Assembly (NCBI RefSeq): GCF_003334815.1
Contig: NZ_QOWO01000003.1
Length of the DNA: 64,000 nt
Reading direction: 5' to 3' (one strand)
Source of the DNA: Escherichia coli
GTDB lineage: Bacteria; Pseudomonadota; Gammaproteobacteria; Enterobacterales; Enterobacteriaceae
Shown: positions 38,894 through 49,645 of the stretch, piece by piece
Layout: each line of letters opens with the position of its first letter
How positions within the stretch are numbered: the first letter of the stretch is position 1
Notes under the pieces: model-generated
Databases searched by the model: none
What the model was told of the DNA's origin: nothing
What the model saw: the letters and a program-made list of their open reading frames with translations, nothing else
Program-made: the position numbers and the translations under genes

Positions 38894-40029
38894 CAGAACA
38901 CCCTTTTACCCTGACGCCAGACGTGGTCGATATGAATATGATTGTCCTTGCGATGCGCCAGCACCAGGTCGGCGCGTTTGCCCTCGCCAATCACCCCGCG
39001 ATCCTGGAGATTAAGCGCCTGCGCTGGATTTTTAGTCACCAGCTTCACCGCCTGCGGCAGCGTAAAGCGGTTGCTCTGGTCATCGGCGACGCGAAATGCC
39101 GCATCGATCAGGCTGGCGGGGTAGTAGTCGGAAGAGAGGATATCCAGCAGGCCAAGCTGCGCCAGTTCACTGGCCGCCACGTTGCCGGAGTGCGAGCCGC
39201 CGCGCACAATATTCGGCGCGCCCATCAGCACGTTCATGCCATGCTTGCGCGAGGCTTCCGCCGCTTCGAACGTGGTGGGAAATTCGGCGATCACGCTGCC
39301 AAGCTGGTGAGATTCAGCAACGTGGGCGTGGGTGGCGTCATCGTGGCTGGCAAGCGCAATTTTTCGCGCGCGGCACAGGGCGGCGATGGATTCGCGATTC
39401 GGCTGCGACCAGCGTGCGGCGAGCGCCAGTTGCTCTTCTTCGTACTGCTGCATCTGCGCATCAGTGAGGGAGTATTTGCCCTGATAATATTCGCGATACT
39501 TCTCGCGGTTGGCGAACTGGCGCTGGCCCGGCGAGTGGTCCATCAGCGACACCAGCGTCACCGGCTCGCGCTGCACCAGTTTTTCAAACAGCGGCAGCGT
39601 GGTGTGATGCGGCAGTTCGCAGCGCAGATGCAGACGGTGCTCGGCGCGGTTGACGCCGCGTTTCTGCGTCTCTTCGATGGCGTTGATCATCTTCTCCAGA
39701 TTCTCCAGCCGATCGCCGCCGTCGCGCACGTCGCCAATTGCCACGGCATCCAGTACGGTGGTGATGCCGCTCGCCACCATCAGCGCGTCGTGGCTGCTCA
39801 TCGCCGAGTGGGCAGGCCAGTCAACTTTCGGGCGCGGGGTGAAGAATTTATCCAGATTATCGGTATGCAGCTCAATCAGCCCCGGCAGCAGCCAGCCGCC
39901 TTCGCCGTCCATCGCCTCCGGCAGGCGGCTCTGGCTTTCGGCAAAGGCGCGGATTTCGCCGTTCTGCACCTCCAGCGAACCGCTTACCACCTCGTTTTCC
40001 AGCACCAGCTTAACGTTATTGATAATCAT
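38893..40029 (-). CDS. phnM: PhnM, amidohydrolase-family diphosphatase
   Basis: ORF track 378 aa. Confidence 0.93.
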
Positions 40030-40706
40030 GAAGAGGCTCCCATTGGGTGCAGGCGGTCGGCGACGTCATTACGTACAGCTTCGTCATGGAAGATGCCTAC
40101 GATGGCTGCGCCACGGGTTTTGGCTTCGCGAATCAGTTCCACCACCGCGGCGCTGTTTTTGGCGTCCAGCGAGGCGGTAGGTTCGTCAAGCAGCAGAATG
40201 GGGTAGTCGACGATAAAGCCGCGGGCGATGTTGACGCGCTGCTGTTCGCCACCGGAAAATGTCGATGGTGCCAGGTGCCACAGGCGTTCCGGCACGTTCA
40301 GGCGGGTGAGAAGACGCGCGGCTTTAGCGGCGCAGGCTTCACGCGGAACGCCGGTATCGAGCAGCGGCTGCATCACCACTTCCAGTGCTGAGATACGCGG
40401 GATGACGCGCAGAAACTGGCTCACCCAGCCGACGGTGGTTTTGCGGATTTCCACCACTTTGCGCGCTGGCGCGGTGACCAGGTCTACCCACTCGTCACCG
40501 TGTTTGATCTGGATTTGACCTTCGTCGGGCAGATAGTTGGCGTACAGCGAGCGTAGCAGAGTTGATTTGCCGCTGCCGGAATGGCCGTGGAGCACCACGC
40601 ATTCGCCCGCGTTGACGGTGAGCGAGGCGCGATTGAGGACGGGCAGGCGCACGCCGTTTTGCTGGTGCAGGATGAAGGTTTTACTGACGTTTTGTACGTT
40701 AATCAT
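40026..40706 (-). CDS. phnL: PhnL, ABC-type ATPase component of C-P lyase
   Basis: ORF track 264 aa trimmed to [11 protein letters not shown] (226 aa); Walker [10 protein letters not shown]. Confidence 0.9.
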
Positions 40707-40727
40707 TTTTCGCCTCGTGGTTCGGGT

Positions 40728-40811
<84 letters not shown>

Positions 40812-40816
40812 CCGGC

Positions 40817-41575
40817 TCAATTCTGCAAAACCGATGACACCAGCAGCTGTGTATACGGATGATGCGGGTCGTCGAGCACGCGGTCGGTTAACCCACTCTC
40901 CACCACTTGCCCCTGCTTCATCACCAGCAAACGGTCCGCCAGCAGGCGGGCGACGCCTAAATCATGGGTGACAATCACCACCGCGAGGTTCAGCTCCACC
41001 ACCAGGCCGCGCAGCAGGTCGAGCAGGCGGGCCTGCACCGACACATCCAGCCCGCCGGTCGGTTCATCCATAAACACCAGCTTCGGATGCGTCACCAGGT
41101 TGCGGGCAATCTGCAAACGCTGCTGCATACCGCCGGAAAAGGTGGTCGGCAGGTCGTCGATCCGGTTGGCGGGAATCTCCACCTCTTCCAGCCACTTCTG
41201 CGCGGTGGCACGAATATCGCCGTAATGACGTGCCCCGGTCGCCATCAGCCGCTCGCCGATATTGCCGCCTGCCGACACCTGGCGGCGCAGGCCGTCGAGT
41301 GGATGCTGATGCACCACGCCCCATTCGGTACGCAGCAGGCGACGGCGGTCGGCCTCGCTCATTGCATACAGCGAACGGTTCTCGTAGTGAATTTCCCCCT
41401 GCTGCGGCGTCAGGCGCGCGGAGATCGACTTCAGCAGCGTGGTCTTCCCGGAGCCGGATTCCCCGACAATGCCCAGCACTTCCCCCGGCCATAAATCAAA
41501 AGAGACATCGCTAAAGCCTTTGCCCGGCGCGTAAAGGTGGGTCAGGTTATTGACCGAAAGTAACGGTTGATTCAT
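40817..41575 (-). CDS. phnK: PhnK, ABC-type ATPase component of C-P lyase
   Basis: ORF track 262 aa trimmed to [11 protein letters not shown] (252 aa); Walker [10 protein letters not shown]. Confidence 0.9.
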
Positions 41576-42417
41576 TGGTTTTTTGCCTCGCTCTGTTGGC
41601 GGCAATAATCGGTATCGGAGCAGACAAACATGCGGTTTCCGGCGTCATCCAGCACCACTTCATCAAGATAGCTGTGGGTCGATCCGCAGATGGCGCATGG
41701 CTCATCCCACTGCTGAACGGTGAACGGGTGATCGTCGAAATCGAGACTTTCCACGCGGGTAAACGGCGGCACCGCATAGATGCGCTTCTCGCGCCCCGCG
41801 CCGAACAGTTGCAGGGCGGGCATCATGTCCATTTTTGGGTTATCGAATTTCGGGATCGGCGACGGGTCCATCACGTAGCGCCCATTTACCTTCACCGGAT
41901 AGGCGTAGGTGGTGGCGATATGACCGAAGCGGGCGATATCTTCATACAGTTTCACCTGCATCACGCCGTACTCTTCCAGCGCGTGCATGGTGCGGGTTTC
42001 CGTTTCGCGCGGCTCGATAAAGCGCAGCGGCTCGGGGATTGGCACCTGGAAGATAATTATCTGATCTTCGGTCAGCGGCGTTTCGGGGATGCGGTGACGC
42101 GTCTGGATAACCGTCGCATCGTCCGTACGTTCCGTGGTGTTTACCCCGGTCACGCGCTTGAAGAAGTTGCGAATCGACACGGCGTTGGTGGTGTCATCCG
42201 CGCCCTGGTCAATCACCTTCAGCACGTCGCTTTCGCCAATCACGCTGGCGGTAAGCTGAATGCCGCCGGTTCCCCAGCCGTACGGCATCGGCATCTCGCG
42301 CCCGCCAAACGGCACCTGATAACCGGGGATCGCCACCGCTTTTAAGATGGCGCGGCGGATCATGCGTTTGGTCTGCTCGTCGAGGTAGGCAAAGTTGTAG
42401 CCGCTCAGATTAGCCAT
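41572..42417 (-). CDS. phnJ: PhnJ, C-P lyase catalytic subunit (radical SAM-like 4Fe-4S)
   Basis: ORF track 325 aa trimmed to MANLSGYNFAYLDEQ (281 aa); C-terminal CxxCxxxxxC cysteines. Confidence 0.92.
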   Translation of the reverse strand: MANLSGYNFAYLDEQTKRMIRRAILKAVAIPGYQVPFGGREMPMPYGWGTGGIQLTASVIGESDVLKVIDQGADDTTNAVSIRNFFKRVTGVNTTERTDDATVIQTRHRIPETPLTEDQIIIFQVPIPEPLRFIEPRETETRTMHALEEYGVMQVKLYEDIARFGHIATTYAYPVKVNGRYVMDPSPIPKFDNPKMDMMPALQLFGAGREKRIYAVPPFTRVESLDFDDHPFTVQQWDEPCAICGSTHSYLDEVVLDDAGNRMFVCSDTDYCRQQSEAKNQ

Positions 42418-42421
42418 GGTT

Positions 42422-43474
42422 CTACTCCTGTTGCAGACGTTTGAGTAGCTCCAGTTCGGCCTGGAAATCGACGTAGTGGGGGAGTTTGAGGTGTGAGACA
42501 AAGCCTGCGGCTTCGACGTTGTCGGCATGTGCCAGCACGAACTCTTCATCCTGCGCCGGGCCTGTCGCGTGCTCGCCGTACTCCGGGGCTTGCAGAGCGC
42601 GGTCGACCAGCGCCATCGCCATCGCTTTGCGCTCGCTCATGCCGAACACCAGCCCGTAGCCGCGCGTGAAGTGCGGCGGCTCACCCGGCGGGTCGATAAA
42701 ACCGTTAACCATTTCACACTCAGTCATCAGCAGTTCGCCGACGTTCACCGCAAATCCCAGCTCTTCCGGCACAATCGACACGTCGATATAGCCGCTGCGG
42801 ATCTCGCCTGCGAACGGGTGATTGCGCCCGTAACCGCGTTGGGTGGAGTAGGCCAGCGCCAGCAAATAGCCTTCGTCGCCGCGCATCAACTGCTGCAAAC
42901 GGGAGGAGCGTGAGCAGGGGTAAACCGGCGGCGTGCGGGTGATGTCATCCGGCTGTGCGCCGCTATCCTCTTCAAACTTCGCCAGCCCCTGACGCGCCAG
43001 CAGGCTGAAAACGTGCGGCGACGGCTGCTGTTCGCTGTCGGCGGTGGTCAGCGTCGGCGCTTCGCCGTTTGCCAGCAGGGTAAAATCGAGCAGGCGATGG
43101 GTGTAGTCGTAGGTTGGGCCAAGCAGCTGGCCGCCGGGAATGTCTTTATAAACGGCGGAGATACGGCGTTCGAGACGCATCCCGGTGGTGTCGAGCGGCT
43201 CGCTTACCGCCAGCTTCGCCAACGTGGTGCGGTAGGCGCGCAGCAGGAAAATCGCTTCAACGTTATCGCCGCTGGCCTGTTTCAGCGCCAGCGCCGCCAG
43301 TTCGCGGTCGGCAATGCCGCCTTCGGTCATCACGCGATCTACCGCGAGGTTAAGCTGCTGTTCAATCTGGGCGACGCTCAGTTCGGGCAAATCGGTATCG
43401 CCTCGGCGTCGGCTCTCTTGCAGGGCGTGGGCGGCGTCGATCGCCTTCTCGCCCCCTTTCACGGCAACGTACAT
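42422..43474 (-). CDS. phnI: PhnI, ribosyl-transferase subunit of C-P lyase
   Basis: ORF track 390 aa trimmed to [18 protein letters not shown]; start overlaps the phnH stop (TGATG). Confidence 0.88.
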   Translation of the reverse strand: MYVAVKGGEKAIDAAHALQESRRRGDTDLPELSVAQIEQQLNLAVDRVMTEGGIADRELAALALKQASGDNVEAIFLLRAYRTTLAKLAVSEPLDTTGMRLERRISAVYKDIPGGQLLGPTYDYTHRLLDFTLLANGEAPTLTTADSEQQPSPHVFSLLARQGLAKFEEDSGAQPDDITRTPPVYPCSRSSRLQQLMRGDEGYLLALAYSTQRGYGRNHPFAGEIRSGYIDVSIVPEELGFAVNVGELLMTECEMVNGFIDPPGEPPHFTRGYGLVFGMSERKAMAMALVDRALQAPEYGEHATGPAQDEEFVLAHADNVEAAGFVSHLKLPHYVDFQAELELLKRLQQE

Positions 43475-44058
43475 CAGCACACCTCCACATGAGTGGTTCG
43501 CGGAATAGCCAGCAGGCGCTCGCCACAGGTCAGGATCAGGTCGATGCCGAGCGGGAACGGATGCGGGCGCTCGGTGAGTTCGTGCAGAATGCACTCCGGC
43601 AGCTGCGGAGCGATCATTCGTTCTTCGGCAATACCCGCACCAGTAAGGCGCAACATGCGTCCGCCGCTCAGGCTGGCGACCTGTAAAATCAGCGTCGCAC
43701 CCGCTTCCGGCGCAACGGCGGTGCCGGTGGAAAGGGCGTTGAGCTGTTCGCTGGAAATCGCCTCATCCGTCACCGCGAAGGTCGCCTGTTCCGGCTGGCT
43801 GACCAGCGGCGCGTTGGTATGAAAACGCAGGCTCTGGTTGACGATATCGTTATTTAATGGGGTAGAAAGCCACACCGGCGTGTCGTTATCGGCCAGCGTC
43901 AGCAGCACGCTGGTGGTGGCGATATTCAGCGGTTGCCAGCCGCGTTTGAGCTGATGCAGGGCGACAATCACGCCCGGCTCGCTCATGGCCTTTAACAGGC
44001 GACGAAAACTGTGCTGGGCATCCTGCACGGGAAGCATAAAAGCGGTTTCCAGGGTCAT
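43474..44058 (-). CDS. phnH: PhnH, C-P lyase core subunit
   Basis: ORF track 194 aa. Confidence 0.93.
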
Positions 44059-44507
44059 GCGTTGTCTCCGCGAACCATCGTAAAGAAGTCGACCCGGCTG
44101 GCGTTCACTTCGGCCTGGCGTGCGGCAATGCGTGCCATACGGTCAGCGTCCAGCGGGGCAATAAGGGTTTCTGATAAGTTTTGAAAGTGGCGAGATTGCT
44201 GCATCAGCGCGTCAATCAGCGCGCAGCGTTCGGCGTGCTGTTTATCACGCCCCTGCACCCAGCTGTAGCCGAGCGTGCCGTCAGTCAGGCGCACGGCGGC
44301 GCGGGTCAGCGTGGCGTCGCCGGCAAAAAAACGTTCGCCGGTGCCGCCCATCCGCGCCTGAATCTGTACCAGGCCAGTTTCAGCGGCGCGGATCACCTCA
44401 TAGTCGGCGGTGATGTTTAGCGCGTTCAGGCGTGCTGCCAGTTCAGCCGGTTGGCTGTGCGCCAGCACGGACATCCAGTGCTGGCGGGTCGCGGTATCTG
44501 CGTGCAT
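44055..44507 (-). CDS. phnG: PhnG, C-P lyase core subunit
   Basis: ORF track 150 aa. Confidence 0.93.
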
Positions 44508-45233
44508 TCAGTGCTCCATAGTGAATTCAATCATGTCGGCGCGCGTCAGGCTGACGGAGTACTCCGCCGGGCTGCTTTCACCGTCACGGTGGTTAAGGGT
44601 GCGCACGCACAGCAGCGGCGACATATTCGGGATTTCAAGACGCTGGCACTCTTTGGCCTGGGCGCGGCGGGCGCTGATCCGCGTCTGGCTGCGGCGCAGC
44701 GCAATTCCGGTTTGCTCGCGCAGAAAATCGTGCAGCGAGCCGCTGTCGAAGCGTTGCAGCGTCGGCCAGAGGGTGAGGTCCGCGAAGTAGTGGTCGATTA
44801 AACAGAGCGCGACGCCGTTGACACGACGCAGGGTGCGCAGGTGGATGACGTTCTCCCCCTCGGTAATCCCCAGTGCGTCAGCGACGTGGCCGGACGCGGG
44901 GCGCAATACCGAAAGCAGTTTTTCGCTGGTGGGATGGCTGCCCTGATCCAGCAGATTCTGGCTAAAACGCGCCTGGGCGTTGAGCGGGTAATCGAACGGG
45001 CGCATCAGCACCAGCACGCCGACGCCCTGACGGCGCTGTACCCAGCCTTTTTCCACCAGTTGGTCGATGGCGCGGCGCAGGGTGTGGCGATTCACCTCAA
45101 AGCGCGCTGCCAGTTGCTGCTCGGCGGGAAGATAGTCGCCGCAGCGGTAGTGTTGACGAAGCTCCTGCTCAAGTTTTGCGGCTATCTCTTGATAGCGTGT
45201 TGGGTAGCTGGTCGGATGTGTAGACAAGTGCAT
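44508..45233 (-). CDS. phnF: PhnF, GntR-family repressor of the phn operon
   Basis: ORF track 244 aa; second in-frame Met (MHLSTHPTSYP) taken as start. Confidence 0.88.
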   Translation of the reverse strand: MHLSTHPTSYPTRYQEIAAKLEQELRQHYRCGDYLPAEQQLAARFEVNRHTLRRAIDQLVEKGWVQRRQGVGVLVLMRPFDYPLNAQARFSQNLLDQGSHPTSEKLLSVLRPASGHVADALGITEGENVIHLRTLRRVNGVALCLIDHYFADLTLWPTLQRFDSGSLHDFLREQTGIALRRSQTRISARRAQAKECQRLEIPNMSPLLCVRTLNHRDGESSPAEYSVSLTRADMIEFTMEH

Positions 45234-45253
45234 AGATATCAATGCCTCGCTTA

Positions 45254-46104
45254 TCAGATAAAGTGCTTACGCAACCGTTGAGAGAGGAAATCCAGCAGGC
45301 TGACCGTGACGATGATAAGCACCATCAGGGCGCAGGTTTGTTGGAACTGGAAACCGCGAATCGCTTCCCACAGGGTGACGCCGATCCCGCCTGCGCCGAC
45401 CATGCCGACGACGGTCGCCGAGCGGACGTTGGATTCGAAGCGATAGAGGGAGTAGGAGATCAGCAGTGGCATCACCTGTGGCAGCACGCCGTAGAGGATC
45501 TCTTCGAGCTTGTTGGCACCGGTGGCGCGAATGCCTTCCACCGGGCCGGGTTCAATCGCTTCCACCGCTTCGGAAAGCAGCTTGGAGAGCACGCCGGTGG
45601 TGTGGATAAACAGCGCCAGCACGCCAGCACGCCAGCGAACGGGCCGAGGCCGACGGCGACCACGAACAGCATGGCGAAGACCATTTCGTTAATGGCGCGG
45701 CAGGCGTCCATCAGGCGGCGAACGGGCTGGTAAACCCACCACGGCACCAGGTTTTCGGCGCTCATCAGGCCAAAGGGGATGGAGAGAACCACCGCCAGCG
45801 CGGTGCCCCAGACGGCGATTTGCAGCGTGACGGCCATTTCGGTGAGGTAATCCTGCCACTGGCTGAAATCGGGCGGGAAGAAGTCGGCGGCGAACGTCGC
45901 CATGTTGCCGCCGTCTTTGATCAGCGTAAGCGGGGCCATTTCCGCGCCCTGCCACGAGACGACCAACACGGCGAGTACAACGGCCCAGCTCAGAAGCGAG
46001 AACCAGCTGCGCTTGGGTGGGGCGATGGTGATGGTTTGCATGTTTGGCTCCGGTCTGTAGGCCGGATAAGGTGCTTGCACCGCATCCGGCATCAACGCCT
46101 GCAC
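45254..46104 (-). pseudogene. phnE: PhnE, phosphonate ABC transporter permease, frameshifted at an 8-bp repeat (K-12 cryptic allele)
   Basis: ORF track splits it into 45472..46104 and 45254..45622 in different frames; three tandem GCCAGCAC-type copies at about 45614..45637. Confidence 0.9.
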
Positions 46105-46143
46105 ATTGTCGGATGCGACGCCGGGGCGTCTTATCCGACCTAC
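46056..46143. repeat. REP/BIME element in the phnE-phnD spacer
   Basis: Inverted pair TGTAGGCCGGATAAGGTGCTTGCACCGCATCCGGCA and GTCGGATGCGACGCCGGGGCGTCTTATCCGACCTAC. Confidence 0.8.
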
Positions 46144-46146
46144 GAT

Positions 46147-47163
46147 TTACTGCACCGCTTTACTCACCGAACTCATCGCGCTTAGCGCGTTGTTCAGGCG
46201 GTCCAGGTCATCCAGCTGCGCCTGAATCTCGGTGGTTTTTGCCAGCTTGTCCTGCTCATTCAGTCCTTTATTGCTTTTCACGCCCTGCATCTCTTTAAAC
46301 AGCGCGAGCTGGCGAATCGGCACCAGTTGCAGGTCGCTGGAAGCGCGGAATGGCGCCCAGCCCAGGCGTTCCAGCACCGCTTTTTCTTCCGGCGTTTTGC
46401 CGTAGTTCATAAAGAAGTCGTAGATCTTGTCTTTGGTGGTTTCGGAAAGATTCTTGCGCCAGACGATCGGATCGCCTGGGATCAGCGGCGACTTCCAGAT
46501 CACCTTCAGTTCTTTCAGCTTCTCTGGCGCGGAGGTTTTCAGCTTGTCGAGGTTTTCGGTGTTGTTGGTGGCAACATCCACCTGCTTGTTGGCGACGGCC
46601 AGCGCGTTGGTTTCATGCCCGGCGTTGACGGTGCGCTTGAAGTCGCTGGCGGAGATATTGTTTTTGGCGAAGACGTAGTAGCCGGGGACGAGGAAGCCAG
46701 AGGTGGAGTTAGGATCGCCATTGCCAAAGGTGAGATCTTTCCGCTTCGCCAGCAGATCGTTCAGGTTGTTGATCGGACTGTCTTTGTTGACGATCAACAC
46801 GCTCCAGTAACCCGGCGATCCATCCGCCGCGACCGTCTGGGCGAAGACCTGGCCATTGGCGCGATCCACCGCTTCCATCGCCGACAGATTGCCGTACCAG
46901 GCGATATCCACTTTATTGAAGCGCATCCCCTGGATAATGCCCGCGTAGTCCGGGGCAAAGAAGGCGTTGACCTTCACGCCCAGCTTCTTCTCCATATCCT
47001 GCAAGAACGGCGTCCATTGCGGTTTCAGGTTTTGCTGTGATTCCGTTGAAATAATGCCGAAATTCAACGCCTTTTCCTGCTCTTCGGCGTGCGCCGGGCT
47101 TAACAGGGTGCTGAGGCTGAACATGCTGGTGAAGGCCAGCGAGGCAATTATCTTAGCGTTCAT
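46147..47163 (-). CDS. phnD: PhnD, periplasmic phosphonate-binding protein
   Basis: ORF track 338 aa; signal peptide. Confidence 0.95.
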   Translation of the reverse strand: MNAKIIASLAFTSMFSLSTLLSPAHAEEQEKALNFGIISTESQQNLKPQWTPFLQDMEKKLGVKVNAFFAPDYAGIIQGMRFNKVDIAWYGNLSAMEAVDRANGQVFAQTVAADGSPGYWSVLIVNKDSPINNLNDLLAKRKDLTFGNGDPNSTSGFLVPGYYVFAKNNISASDFKRTVNAGHETNALAVANKQVDVATNNTENLDKLKTSAPEKLKELKVIWKSPLIPGDPIVWRKNLSETTKDKIYDFFMNYGKTPEEKAVLERLGWAPFRASSDLQLVPIRQLALFKEMQGVKSNKGLNEQDKLAKTTEIQAQLDDLDRLNNALSAMSSVSKAVQ

Positions 47164-47187
47164 TCGTTTTCCTCAATGATGGGGATG

Positions 47188-47976
47188 TCAGGCAGCTTTC
47201 GCGTTCTCTTCGACGCGGTTAATGCTGCGGTAGAGATGGTCAAAACGTTCGTTATCAAACTGTTGGCTGCTGCCGTCGTAGAAGACGTGCCCCTGGCGCA
47301 GGGCGACGATGCGTTCGCAGTAGCGCAGGGCGTAATCCACCTGATGCAGCGTGACGACCACGGTGATGCCGTCGTTCTGGTTGATGTCGCGCAGGGTGTC
47401 CATCACGATGCGCGCTGATTCTGGGTCCAGCGAGGCGATGGGTTCATCGGCCAGAATCACTTTCGCCTGCTGCATCAGCGCACGGGCAATCGCCACACGT
47501 TGCTGCTGGCCGCCGGAGAGGGTGGAAACGCGCTGATGGGCAAAATGCACCATGCCAACGCGGGTCAGCGCCTGTAACGCGCGCTGTTTCTGCTCGCCGG
47601 TGAACCAGCTAAAACAGGTGCGCCAGAACGGCGTGCTGCCGAGCGCGCCAATCAGCACGTTCTCCAGTACGCTCAGGCGGTTCACCAGGTTGAATTGTTG
47701 GAATATGTAGCCGGTATGGGCGCGGCTTTTGCGGATATCGCGGGCCAGGCGGCCTTCGCGCTGGACTGTGCGGCCCAGCAGCTCGATATGGCTACCGACA
47801 GATTTATCGCCGGTAATCAAACCGCTTAAGTGACGTAAAAGGGTGGATTTTCCGGAACCCGACGGCCCAAGCAGAGCCACCATTTCACCGTGATGAATGT
47901 TCAGATCAACCGCATGCAGCGCCTGATGCTGATTGAAGGTTTTGGCGAGCTTCTCGACACGGATAATCGTTTGCAT
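47188..47976 (-). CDS. phnC: PhnC, phosphonate ABC transporter ATPase
   Basis: ORF track 262 aa; Walker [10 protein letters not shown]. Confidence 0.95.
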   Translation of the reverse strand: MQTIIRVEKLAKTFNQHQALHAVDLNIHHGEMVALLGPSGSGKSTLLRHLSGLITGDKSVGSHIELLGRTVQREGRLARDIRKSRAHTGYIFQQFNLVNRLSVLENVLIGALGSTPFWRTCFSWFTGEQKQRALQALTRVGMVHFAHQRVSTLSGGQQQRVAIARALMQQAKVILADEPIASLDPESARIVMDTLRDINQNDGITVVVTLHQVDYALRYCERIVALRQGHVFYDGSSQQFDNERFDHLYRSINRVEENAKAA

Positions 47977-48016
47977 GATGCAGCCTCCCTAAAAAAGTGG
48001 CTCCATCGTGGCGGAT

Positions 48017-48056
48017 TATTGTGACGATTTGGTTAATTAAAAGTGACTAACAGATG
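48017..48056 (-). promoter_or_regulatory. Pho box (PhoB binding repeats) of the phnC promoter
   Basis: Minus strand CTGTTAGTCAC-TTTTAATTAAC-CAAATCGTCAC direct repeats upstream of phnC; the phn operon is known to be PhoB-dependent. Confidence 0.55.
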
Positions 48057-48108
48057 AAGAGTTAACGGGAATTCGATGACAGTGCGGGAGGGCGGGCCTC
48101 CCGGCGGG

Positions 48109-48552
48109 TTATTGCGTTGGTTGTTGTTTGACGACATTAATCATCCACGGTACGCCAAATTTATCGGTGACTTTGCCAAAGCCATGCGCCCAGAAAGTTT
48201 CCTGCCAGGCCATTTCGATTTTTCCGTTAGCGGCAAGATTGTCAAACCAGCGTTTTCCTTCTTCGACCTGTTGCGAATCGAGCACCAGCGTAAAGCCGGA
48301 GTAGCTGGCTTTTCCTGACGGCATGGCATCGCTCATCATGATGTCGCTTCCGGCAATGCGCACATTGGCGTGGGCGATGGCGGTATCGGGAAATTGCATT
48401 CCGGAAGGGCAGTTCTCGGCGCTGTCCTGCGCTGATTTTGGCATTTCGCCGAAGCTGATTTTATAGAGCAGTTCCGCGCCCAACGTACGTTGATAATAGG
48501 CAATCGCGTCGGAACAGTTACCGGCAAAAGAGAGGTAGGGACTTAACGGCAT
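48109..48552 (-). CDS. phnB: PhnB, glyoxalase/bleomycin-resistance-fold protein
   Basis: ORF track 147 aa. Confidence 0.9.
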   Translation of the reverse strand: MPLSPYLSFAGNCSDAIAYYQRTLGAELLYKISFGEMPKSAQDSAENCPSGMQFPDTAIAHANVRIAGSDIMMSDAMPSGKASYSGFTLVLDSQQVEEGKRWFDNLAANGKIEMAWQETFWAHGFGKVTDKFGVPWMINVVKQQPTQ

Positions 48553-48616
48553 GATGGTGACCTCAGTTAAGAGAAGCCAGTTAAGTGTAGTTCGAAATTT
48601 ATACAGATGAGAGGCG

Positions 48617-48900
<284 letters not shown>

Positions 48901-48909
48901 ACAATACAA

Positions 48910-49245
48910 TCAGTTCTTTTTCACAAACTCAGATTTCAGTTTCATCGGACCAAAACCGTCGATTTTGCAATCGATGTTATGGTCGCCTTCAACCAGGCGG
49001 ATGTTTTTCACTTTGGTGCCAATTTTCAGCATCGAAGAGCTACCTTTCACCTTCAGATCTTTAATGATGGTAACGCTGTCGCCGTCAGCCAGCAGATTGC
49101 CGTTAGCATCTTTAACGATCAGCTCGTCGCTTTCCTGTGCAGGTTCTGCGTCGTTCCATTCGTAGGCACATTCCGGGCAGATGTACATGCCGTTATCTTC
49201 GTAGGTGTATTCGGAGTTGCATTTTGGGCAGTGTGGTAATGACAT
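48910..49245 (-). CDS. phnA: PhnA-type zinc-ribbon protein
   Basis: ORF track 160 aa trimmed to [30 protein letters not shown] (111 aa); CxxC...CxxC. Confidence 0.9.
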
Positions 49246-49645
49246 GTGGATTTCCTCAAAAGTCAGCAGGGCAAAAGCGCCAAAAAACGGCAGATTGCCG
49301 AAAAAGGCCGCAATTATACACAAAATCCCTGAGTTTGTCGGGGGTACTGCTGATTTTAGACGACGATCGTTTTCATTTGAAAGGAAACGCAAAAAGAAAA
49401 TAATCTTTTTGCCTCTATTTATTATTTAAGATAATGTTAATGCTCTACTTGTTCTTTTTTTAATTCACATGATATTTTTATCTTTCTGACGTTTTAAACG
49501 TATCAGAAGACGTTATTTATTCTGATAAAAAACAACACACTAAATATAAAATTATTTCTTGCAGTAATTATAAAAGCCGAAAACAGAACTCAAAAACAAT
49601 CTGGCTAAATAAAATAACAAAATTTGCTTTAAGGAAGAATTTTCT

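Noticed and set aside
38923-40206. 427-aa plus-strand ORF
   Set aside because: Antisense to phnM and phnL; low-complexity R/A/G-rich translation with no recognisable motifs.
43435-43505. Apparent one-base inconsistency between my hand reading of the printed sequence and the ORF-track frames at the phnH/phnI junction
   Set aside because: The ORF track gives intact PhnH and PhnI in the expected frames; I attribute the mismatch to my own character-level reading and do not report it as a mutation.
41572-43594. N-terminal extensions in the ORF track for phnJ, phnI, phnK and phnL
   Set aside because: The extensions run through the upstream gene in another frame; the internal starts reproduce the known protein lengths and the start/stop overlaps typical of this operon.
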